A stretch of 16,610 bases of DNA from contig JACRKZ010000036.1 in NCBI GenBank assembly GCA_016235455.1, forward strand, positions 1-16,610. The letters are read 5' to 3'. Shown in pieces: positions 7,355 through 14,286 of this stretch. Position 1 is the stretch's first letter. The number at the start of each line of letters is the position of its first letter. The notes below the pieces were generated by a model. It saw only the letters and a list, made by a program, of their open reading frames with translations, made no database searches and was not told the DNA's origin. The stretch comes from Armatimonadota bacterium. Its GTDB lineage: Bacteria > Armatimonadota > UBA10988. The translations under genes were made by a program, and so were the position numbers.

Positions 7355-7783
7355 ATGAACTCGTGGCGGTCGATGGCCACAGACAGCGCCTAAGCCGCCG
7401 ACAGTCTGTGGCCCGTCCATCAGAGGAGCGCCTTCAGCCGACTGTACTACGCGGCCTATACCCGCGTGGCAGGCTGGCTGGAGGCGCACGGTGCCCGGTG
7501 CGACACTCTCCCAAGTGGCGACCAGTGGTACTCGCATCGACTGCTCGAAGAGCGCATACCGGCGGTGACGGCGGATTGGGACGAGTTCGGTGAGACTCCG
7601 CCGCTGGATGCCACCAAGGCGCAGGATATCGCGTCGGCCCTGTCCCGCCCCTTCCGCCTGCGCGTTGATGCCGACTACAGGCCGGAGTCAGAGATCGAGC
7701 AGGCGGACTTAGGGGACGCCGCGCGTGACATGCGCCTCGTGTTTGAGGCGCTGGACAGTCCGCATGGTGACGCCAATGGATAG
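7355..7783 (+). pseudogene. HEPN-domain (UPF0332-like) gene interrupted by an in-frame TAA at codon 13
   Basis: From ATG 7355 (GAGG at 7342-7345): MNSWRSMATDSA*AADSLWPVHQRSAFSRLYYAAYTRVAGWLEAHG...YSH...RVDADY. RSAxSRxYYAAY and R-x-x-ADY are UPF0332/HEPN signatures. The TAA is at 7391-7393, and the ORF-track start at 7466 would lose the first signature. Confidence 0.75.
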
Positions 7784-8033
7784 CCAGACTGTGTGCACGC
7801 GAACGAGGGACCTGCTGACGACCTACGGGCAGAATCAGCCCGAGTTCCCGGCGGTCCGCATCGTCGACACCGCCGTGCGTCAGGACGGACGATGGTGGTA
7901 CGTGCCCATCATCCGCGACGGCCCTCACTCACTGCGGGCTCACCCGTTCTACGATCACTTGAGTGCCCTGGAGGTCATCGCCCGCCAGGAGCTTGGTATC
8001 GACGTCCTGCTCGTCCCCGCACGCGCGGCGTAG
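7776..8033 (+). CDS. Small hypothetical protein coupled to the HEPN gene (putative partner/antitoxin), 85 aa
   Basis: MDSQTVCTRTRDLL...VRQDGRWWYVPI...FYDHLSALEVIARQELGIDVLLVPARAA. ATG 7776 overlaps the HEPN stop (ATGGATAG) and GGTGA lies upstream; an alternative ATG is at 7764. Confidence 0.7.
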   Translation: MDSQTVCTRTRDLLTTYGQNQPEFPAVRIVDTAVRQDGRWWYVPIIRDGPHSLRAHPFYDHLSALEVIARQELGIDVLLVPARAA

Positions 8034-8054
8034 CCGAGCCCGCGACTCAAACAC

Positions 8055-8093
8055 CAAGGCCCCCCGGTCACCAGCGGCGACCGGGGGGCCTTG
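8055..8093. terminator. Hairpin terminator between convergent genes (probably bidirectional)
   Basis: 15-bp perfect stem CAAGGCCCCCCGGTC / GACCGGGGGGCCTTG, extendable by a G-U pair on the minus strand; short T-rich flanks. Confidence 0.8.
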
Positions 8094-8116
8094 TACCTTG
8101 ATGTCGAGCAGAACGG

Positions 8117-8323
8117 CTAAGCGTGCACATCGAGCAGGCGCAAGACCGACTGCTCCGCCTGCCGCGAAGCGGACGCCACCTTGCTCATGACGGCTGCCTC
8201 GACCTGCTGATCCAGCGTCATGTCCGGCATGCCCGGCAGCTTGGCCGGCGTGCCCTGTGATCCCTCGTTCAGACGGGTCATCTGGATCGGTGTGCCCGAC
8301 GACCCGGTAATCGATACCGACAT
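8117..8323 (-). CDS. Small YjfB-like (putative motility) protein, 68 aa
   Basis: AGGAGG SD before ATG 8323. The C-terminus QQVEAAVMSKV...EQSVLRLLDVHA resembles the YjfB pattern (V-x-x-K...LL...D-V-x-A). The CDS is well supported; the family call is tentative. Confidence 0.6.
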   Translation of the reverse strand: MSVSITGSSGTPIQMTRLNEGSQGTPAKLPGMPDMTLDQQVEAAVMSKVASASRQAEQSVLRLLDVHA

Positions 8324-8381
8324 GCGCACCTCCTGAACTAGCCCGCTGGGGTCGCGTGGCTTGCTGGTGTCGCTGAGTCGA

Positions 8382-8408
8382 CTCTCGGCTGGTCCTTTAG
8401 GCGCTTGA
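8382..8408 (-). promoter_or_regulatory. sigma28 (FliA/SigD)-type promoter
   Basis: Minus strand TCAA-N15-GCCGAGAG versus the consensus T(A/C)AA-N15-GCCGATAA. Confidence 0.55.
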
Positions 8409-8445
8409 TAGCCAGCATTGGCCATTTCCGCGGCGGCCCAAACCA

Positions 8446-8477
8446 GCGAGGCCAGGCTGTCGCCAGCCTGGCCTCGC
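8446..8477 (-). terminator. Terminator hairpin of the metalloprotease gene
   Basis: 14-bp perfect stem GCGAGGCCAGGCTG / CAGCCTGGCCTCGC with a GCGA (GNRA) loop on the minus strand, followed by TGGTTT; 19 nt after the stop. Confidence 0.75.
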
Positions 8478-8496
8478 CGCACGCTCCTCGTCGGTC

Positions 8497-11100
8497 CTAC
8501 AGTTCGAAGACCGACTTGGCTGCCAGCGCGTTGTCGAGGTACTCCAAGAGTGCCTCGTAGTGCGCCTGGGTCAGGGCGTCGAGGCCCTGGGCCTTGAGCA
8601 TGGCGGTGACACCGGCATGGACGCGGCGCAGGTGCGCGCGCGCCAAGATGCGGCTGTCCGTCGGCGGGCGGCTCTCAATGACCAGGATGCCCGACCGCGA
8701 CTGTTCATTGCGGCCCGTGGTGCGATTGGCCAGCATGCGCACCAGTTCGCGCTGCACGATGCGCTGCGCGCTGTCGAGCGCGACCGCCTTGGCGGGCTGG
8801 CCTGCCCGCGGCAGTTCGCGGAAGACCGCGCCGACGACCGCGTCATAGACCTCCGACGGCGTCAACGGCGCATCCTCGCCCTGACCAGTGATGTAGCTGG
8901 CCTGGGCGTTCAGCGCATTGACTGTAGCGCCCGACAGCAGCCGACTGATGGTCGCAAGCTGGATGTTGGACAGCATGTACGACGGGTCGACATAGGTGCC
9001 CGAGTCGAAGATATCGCTGTGCTCGGCGCGGCCCAGCTTGCGCAGGACGCTGCCGTCGAACCGCGACGGGCCTTCGGTGAGCACCGAGCCGGTGATGAAG
9101 GCCAGCGCCTCGCGTTGCCGCCGCGGCGCCGCCGGGGCGACCGGATCGGGGCTGTCGGCGTCGCCGCGGTGGTTGCGCGAGCTGTACCAGCCGGCGATGT
9201 AGTTCGTAGCAAACGACGAGGCCCGGCTGAACCCGCCGACCAGCGTCAGGAAGCCGTCCAGTGCGGCATCCCAGCTCTCGCCCGGCGCCACCATGCGCTC
9301 GGCCAGGCCGGGCAGCATGGCCTGCATCAGCTTGGTGCGATGCACGCTATCCTCGAGCGGGTCGCCCAAGTCCCAGATCTGCACCCGCGGATCGGATGAC
9401 CGGCTGTAGGCGTCCTCATCGGTGGCATAAGCCAGGCCCGGTTGCGCGGTGCGCGCGGCGATCTCGCCGAGCCCCTTGGCGTCCGCATCGCGATAGCCGT
9501 ACTCGATGGCCAGGTAGTCGTAGGGGCCGATGGTCGGAGTGAAGTACAGGCCCTGCGGCTCCGTGCCGGGGATGGCCAGGTTCGGCGTCACGTAGTCCAT
9601 GACCGACGCTACCAGGCCGGTCTTGGCCGTGGCGTCCTTGTCGGCCAGGGCCGGACCCGAGAGCATGGTGCTGGCGCGGAAGTTGTGGCGCAGACCGAGG
9701 CAGTGACCCACCTCGTGCATGGCGATCATCTTGATGAAGCCGCCGGTGAACTCCACCGGCACCTTGGCGCCGGGAGGCGCTCCCTGGCGCAGGTTGTACA
9801 TGACCGAAGCCAGCGCGAACAGCGACTGCATCTGCCGGCCCTGGAGGCGGCAGACAGGCTGGTCGAAGCGTGTTCGACCGACAGGCTGGGTCTCCGCCTC
9901 GTGGGCCTCGCCACAGATGTCGCGGTTGGGGTCGAGGAACGGGACCAACTCGGCGTGATCCTGCATCCAGGAGGACACCTCGCCGCGCATCAGCTTCTCG
10001 GCGTCGGGCACGCCGCGGGTGCGCGCCCAGGTATTCTGCATCGAACGCAGCAGACCCTCGTGGAAAACCACCCGCCCGCACAGCATCTGGCCCGTGCGCG
10101 GATGCGCCGTCATGACCGCGATGGCGTACGTCGATTCCTCGCCCAGCGCCCAGCGGAAGACGTTGTAGCGCATGTCGTTGGCGTCGAACGCGTCGGCGTC
10201 GCCCTGCTGGCGCACTTCGATCGCGTTGCGGTAGCCGGCCTTCTCAAAGGCCTTGTTCCACTCCTGGATGCCTTCGCGCACGTACCCGCGGAACTCGCGC
10301 GGCACGGTCTTCTCGATCCACCAGACCACTGGCTCCTTGACGTCGGAGACCGCCGCGGCGGGATCGACCTTCTCCAGCTTCCAGCGGTTGATGAAGCGCA
10401 CCCGCGGCGACAGTGCCCCGGCCGTGCTGTAGTCTTCCACCACGCCGCCGAAATAGCCGATGCGGTCATCGGACGCGCGCGGCTGATAGCCACCGCCCTG
10501 GGGCAGGCGCACAATCTCCTGCAGCAGTTCCAGCTGGCTGCCGCCCGAGCGGCCGCTGACGCGGATCTGCATGTTGCTGGGGTAGGCCTTGACCGACTCG
10601 ATGGTCGGGCGCTCCAGCGAGCGTCCGCCCGACAGCGCACCGGTCATCACCGCTTCGTTGGCCTCGACCAGCAGCTTGTCGCCCTCTTCCACGCGAATGC
10701 GCATGGCGCCGAGCGGCACGTCGGTATAGGAGGTCTGCACCGCGCCGGCCACCGGCTCGTCGGGGTTGGCGCGAGCATCGAGCTGGCGCTGCACCACCTG
10801 CACGGTCGGTCCCACGCGGCGCAGCGTGATGATCGTGTTCTCGGTCAACTCGCCCGCGCGCGGGCCGCGCGCCACACTGGCCACCAGCAGGAAGTCGACG
10901 CCGAGGTCGGCCTTGGCCACCGTCAGGTAAACCTTCTGCTCGTTCTCGTGGAAGTAGGGACTGAGCAGACCCTCCAACGCCTTGGCGCCCTTGACGGCGT
11001 CGGCGATGGTGGGCTTGGGCGGCTCCTTGTCTTGAGCCGTCGCCACCGCGGCAACGAAGAAGACCGCCAGAAGGGTCCAGCGGCCTGACCACAAACGCAT
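8497..11100 (-). CDS. Secreted zinc-dependent metalloprotease (metzincin, EcxA/DUF5117-DUF4953-like), 867 aa
   Basis: Signal peptide MRLWSGRWTLLAVFFVAAVATA|Q, DDRIGYF, RFINRWKL, EWNKAFEKAG, HEVGHCLGLRHNF, Met-turn SVMDY, GPYDYLAIEYGY. GAGGTG SD before ATG 11100. Confidence 0.92.
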   Translation of the reverse strand: MRLWSGRWTLLAVFFVAAVATAQDKEPPKPTIADAVKGAKALEGLLSPYFHENEQKVYLTVAKADLGVDFLLVASVARGPRAGELTENTIITLRRVGPTVQVVQRQLDARANPDEPVAGAVQTSYTDVPLGAMRIRVEEGDKLLVEANEAVMTGALSGGRSLERPTIESVKAYPSNMQIRVSGRSGGSQLELLQEIVRLPQGGGYQPRASDDRIGYFGGVVEDYSTAGALSPRVRFINRWKLEKVDPAAAVSDVKEPVVWWIEKTVPREFRGYVREGIQEWNKAFEKAGYRNAIEVRQQGDADAFDANDMRYNVFRWALGEESTYAIAVMTAHPRTGQMLCGRVVFHEGLLRSMQNTWARTRGVPDAEKLMRGEVSSWMQDHAELVPFLDPNRDICGEAHEAETQPVGRTRFDQPVCRLQGRQMQSLFALASVMYNLRQGAPPGAKVPVEFTGGFIKMIAMHEVGHCLGLRHNFRASTMLSGPALADKDATAKTGLVASVMDYVTPNLAIPGTEPQGLYFTPTIGPYDYLAIEYGYRDADAKGLGEIAARTAQPGLAYATDEDAYSRSSDPRVQIWDLGDPLEDSVHRTKLMQAMLPGLAERMVAPGESWDAALDGFLTLVGGFSRASSFATNYIAGWYSSRNHRGDADSPDPVAPAAPRRQREALAFITGSVLTEGPSRFDGSVLRKLGRAEHSDIFDSGTYVDPSYMLSNIQLATISRLLSGATVNALNAQASYITGQGEDAPLTPSEVYDAVVGAVFRELPRAGQPAKAVALDSAQRIVQRELVRMLANRTTGRNEQSRSGILVIESRPPTDSRILARAHLRRVHAGVTAMLKAQGLDALTQAHYEALLEYLDNALAAKSVFEL

Positions 11101-11148
11101 CGTTACACCTCTTCTCGGCATCGCGAACGTCGCCCCAGAATGCGCCAG

Positions 11149-11157
11149 AGTATACCA
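11149..11157 (-). promoter_or_regulatory. Extended -10 promoter of the metalloprotease gene
   Basis: Minus strand TGG-TATACT, about 50 nt upstream of the ATG; no consensus -35. Confidence 0.55.
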
Positions 11158-11186
11158 GATGCAGCGGCTATCCAGGGGGCTCGGCG

Positions 11187-11215
11187 TTGACAGGTGGGCG
11201 GTGCGCACCTAGAAT
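11187..11215 (+). promoter_or_regulatory. sigma70 promoter of the hpnJ operon
   Basis: TTGACA (11187-11192), 17-bp spacer, TAGAAT (11210-11215). Confidence 0.8.
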
Positions 11216-11289
11216 GCCCGAGGGCCGAGACAGCCTCTCGGGCGGCGTAGCAGCGGTCGTACGCCGTAGGCGAGCAACCCGTGGACGTG

Positions 11290-12753
11290 ATGAAAACCCT
11301 GTTCCTCAACGCACCGTCGTTTGAGGGTTTCGACGGCGGCGCCGGCGCGCGCTATCAGAACAGCCGAGAGGTCACCTCGTACTGGTACCCTCAATGGCTG
11401 GCCGAGCCCGCCGCGATTGTGCCGGGCAGCCGGCTGGTGGACGCACCGCCGCACGGCCAGACGGCCGAAGAGGTGCTGGCCATCGCCCGGGGCTATGACT
11501 TCGTGGTCATCCACACCAGCTCGCCCGGCTTCCGCAACGATGTGCAGTTCGCCGAGGCGCTCAAGAGCCAGAAGCCCGACCAGCTGATCGGCTTCTGCGG
11601 CGCGCAGACCGCCATCCTGCCGGACCTCAGCCTGGAGGCCAGCGAAGCCATCGATTTCGTCTGTGGCAGCGAGCTGGTCTACACGCTGCTTGACGTGGCC
11701 CAGGGCAAGCCTCTGGCCGAGGTCGACGGCATCCACTATCGCGCCGACGGCAAGGTCATCCACAACGCGCCGCGGCCCGAGCCCGAGAACCTGGACGACC
11801 TGCCGTCCGTGCTCGATGTCTACAAGCGCGATCTGGACATCAGCAAGTACTACAACGGCTACATGCCGCATCCCTACATGTCGCTCTACACGGGCCGCGG
11901 CTGCCGCAGCCACTGCACCTACTGCCTCTGGCCGCAGACCATCGGCGGCCACGACTACCGCGTGCAGTCGCCCGAACGCGCCGCCGAGGAGTTCCGCCGC
12001 GCCCACCAGCTCTGGCCCGAGGTCAAGGAGATCTTCTTCAACGACGACACCATGACCGACAACCGCGAGCGCACCGAGGCCATCGCCAAGCTGATTGGCC
12101 CGCTCGGCGTGCCGTGGAGCGCTAACGCCAAGCCCAACGTGCCCTATGAGACGCTTAAGATCATGCGCGACAATGGCTGCCGCCTGCTGCTCGTGGGCTA
12201 CGAGAGCGGCAACCAGCAGATCCTGAACAACATCCGCAAGGGCACGCGCCTGGACCGCATCCGCGAGTTCACCGCGCACTGCAAGACGCTCGGTATCGCC
12301 ATCCACGGCTGCTTCATCTTCGGCCTGCCCGGCGAGACGCCCGACACGGTCACCGAAACCATCGCCTTTGCCAAGGAGATGGATCCCGAGAGCATGCAGG
12401 TTTCGCTGGCCGCGCCGTACCCCGGCACCGAGCTTTACCAGCAGGCGGTCGACAACAAGTGGTTCGACGGGCAGCCACTGCTCAATAGCACGGGCATCCA
12501 GATCCCCTCCATCTCGTATCCCGCCATCAGCGCCGCCGAGCTCGACGCCGCCGTCGACCGCTTCTACAACGAGTACTACTTCGGCACCTGGTACCGGCCG
12601 CGCGTGCGCGTGCTGTGGCGCTTCTTCAAGGGCATGTTGCGCGACCGCGACGAGATGCGCCGCCGCCTGCGCGAAGGCAAGCAGTTCCTCAGCTTCTTTG
12701 GCAAACGCCATGAAGACGAGTCCTGCGCCACATGCGCTCCGGCGGCCAAGTGA
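11290..12753 (+). CDS. hpnJ: Hopanoid biosynthesis-associated radical SAM protein HpnJ
   Basis: Characteristic N-terminus MKTLFLNAPSFEGFDGGAGARYQ...WYPQWLA, YTGRGCRSHCTYCLWPQTIGGH (CxxxCxxC), LLVGYESGNQQIL, SLAAPYPGTELY, EMRRRLREG. The start may be GTG 11281 or ATG 11290. Confidence 0.9.
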   Translation: MKTLFLNAPSFEGFDGGAGARYQNSREVTSYWYPQWLAEPAAIVPGSRLVDAPPHGQTAEEVLAIARGYDFVVIHTSSPGFRNDVQFAEALKSQKPDQLIGFCGAQTAILPDLSLEASEAIDFVCGSELVYTLLDVAQGKPLAEVDGIHYRADGKVIHNAPRPEPENLDDLPSVLDVYKRDLDISKYYNGYMPHPYMSLYTGRGCRSHCTYCLWPQTIGGHDYRVQSPERAAEEFRRAHQLWPEVKEIFFNDDTMTDNRERTEAIAKLIGPLGVPWSANAKPNVPYETLKIMRDNGCRLLLVGYESGNQQILNNIRKGTRLDRIREFTAHCKTLGIAIHGCFIFGLPGETPDTVTETIAFAKEMDPESMQVSLAAPYPGTELYQQAVDNKWFDGQPLLNSTGIQIPSISYPAISAAELDAAVDRFYNEYYFGTWYRPRVRVLWRFFKGMLRDRDEMRRRLREGKQFLSFFGKRHEDESCATCAPAAK

Positions 12754-13106
12754 TGGGTGTGCTGCGCGCCTTCGTGGTGTTCGCGATCATCATCGGCGGC
12801 CTGTCGGTGGGCAATGTGCTGTTCCGCATCGGCATGGCTGAGCACACCACGCTGACCGTCGGCCAGCAACGCCTGGCCATGGCCGGCGGCATGATCCTGA
12901 TGATCGTCCAGCAGGCCTGCATCTGGTACGCGATGAAGACCATGCCGGCCAGCGTGGTCATCCCGATCACCTGCCTGAACATCGCCGTCGTGCCTCTGCT
13001 AGAATACTGGTGGCTCGGCGAAGCCATGCGCCTCGACCGTTGGCTGGGCATCGTGCTCATCACCATCGGCGTGGCCGTCGTCGCTCGGAGCCAAGGAGCC
13101 CACTGA
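12753..13106 (+). CDS. Small DMT/EamA (SMR/ArnE-like) membrane transporter, 117 aa
   Basis: Four hydrophobic helices, PASVVIPI, and the DMT signature LGE...RWLGIVLITIGVAVV. TGATG coupling at both ends. Confidence 0.82.
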   Translation: MGVLRAFVVFAIIIGGLSVGNVLFRIGMAEHTTLTVGQQRLAMAGGMILMIVQQACIWYAMKTMPASVVIPITCLNIAVVPLLEYWWLGEAMRLDRWLGIVLITIGVAVVARSQGAH

Positions 13107-14269
13107 TGCTCGGTACCGTCGCCCTCGTGCTTTCGGTGGCGGTCGGCGTGCTCGTCCTCTGTGGCCTCGGCTCGATGATTCTCGGCTGGCGCGCAGCGTT
13201 GGGCTACTGGCGCACGGCGACACCTGGCGACCTGCCCGAGCCGGCGCCGGCGGTGACCGTCTTCAAGGCCGTCGAGGGTGCTGACGAAGACACCTACGAA
13301 GCCTTCGAGTCCTACCTGAGCATCGATTACCCCGGCCGCGTCGAGTACATCATCGGCACCATGTCGCCCGACGACCCCGTCGCCACGCTGACCCAGCGAC
13401 TGCAGGCGGAGCACCCCGACCGCGATATCAAGCTCGTCTACGGCGAACTGGTCGGCGCCAACCGCAAGACCAGCATCATGCGGTCCATGGTGGCCGCGGC
13501 GACGACCGATCTGTTCATCTTCACCGACGGCGACGTGCGCGCCGAGCCTGACCTGCTCCGTTGGCTGGTGCCGGCCACGCTGCGGCCCGAAGTGGGCTGC
13601 GTGACCTGCCTGCCCGAAGGCCTGCCCTGCCACACGCTCGGCGGGCAGATGGCGGCGCTCCACTATGAGCATGTCTACCTGCCGCAGTGGATGATGGCCC
13701 AGCAGACCACGGGCATCGAGTGGTCCATCGGCCACACCATGTGCCAGCGGCGCGACGTCTACGAGCAATACGGCGGGTTCGACGCCTTCCTCGACGCCCT
13801 GGCCGACGACTACGAGTTCGCCAATCGCGCCGTCAAGCTCGGCTACCGGGCCATCGTCCTGCCTTATACCGTGCAGACCTACATGCCCACCGAGGGCTTT
13901 GGCGCCAGCGTCAAGCGGCTCAGCCGCTGGCTGCGCACCATCCGTGGCGTGCGGCCCAAGCCGTTTGTCGGGCTGGTGCTGACCTACCCGCTGGCCTGGG
14001 CGCTGGTCCTGGCGCTGCTCAACCCCACCGCGGCCTGGGCCTGGGCGCTGTTTGCCGTCATCACGCTGCTGCGGCTGGCCACGTCGTTCCATCTCGATGC
14101 CACCGCCCTGCGCAGCGGCACCATGCGGCGCTCGTGGTGGCTGCTGCCCGCGGTCGATCTGGTCAACCTGTATGCCTTCTTGCGGGCCTTTGTGGTCAAC
14201 ACCGTGTGGTGGGCCGGCCGACGCTATCGCATGCTGCCTGGCGGCGCGATGATCCCGCTCGACAAGTAG
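13106..14269 (+). CDS. hpnI: HpnI-like / ceramide glucosyltransferase-like glycosyltransferase, 387 aa
   Basis: N-terminal TM, PAVTVFKAVEG, GANRK, FTDGDV (DxD), VGCVTC, GGF...LADDY, RWLRTIR, C-terminal TMs and WAGRRY. In an operon with hpnJ. Confidence 0.8.
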   Translation: MLGTVALVLSVAVGVLVLCGLGSMILGWRAALGYWRTATPGDLPEPAPAVTVFKAVEGADEDTYEAFESYLSIDYPGRVEYIIGTMSPDDPVATLTQRLQAEHPDRDIKLVYGELVGANRKTSIMRSMVAAATTDLFIFTDGDVRAEPDLLRWLVPATLRPEVGCVTCLPEGLPCHTLGGQMAALHYEHVYLPQWMMAQQTTGIEWSIGHTMCQRRDVYEQYGGFDAFLDALADDYEFANRAVKLGYRAIVLPYTVQTYMPTEGFGASVKRLSRWLRTIRGVRPKPFVGLVLTYPLAWALVLALLNPTAAWAWALFAVITLLRLATSFHLDATALRSGTMRRSWWLLPAVDLVNLYAFLRAFVVNTVWWAGRRYRMLPGGAMIPLDK

Positions 14270-14286
14270 ATCGCCCGGAGACCGGC

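Noticed and set aside
7391-7393. TAA reassignment (alternative genetic code) as the explanation for the in-frame stop
   Set aside because: Only one instance; TAA is rare at this GC content anyway, and I know of no bacterial TAA reassignment. A nonsense mutation or sequencing error is far more likely.
9442-11088. 548-aa plus-strand ORF (also 8560..9399)
   Set aside because: Antisense shadow of the metalloprotease gene.
11209-14092. 500-aa and 467-aa minus-strand ORFs
   Set aside because: Antisense shadows of hpnJ, the EamA gene and hpnI.
13687-14286. Apparent 200-aa N-terminal extension of the sulfatase, or an hpnI-sulfatase fusion
   Set aside because: Off-frame overlap with hpnI giving Arg/Pro-rich junk; the sulfatase domain begins at GTG 14287 with a GGAG SD, and hpnI has a normal C-terminus.
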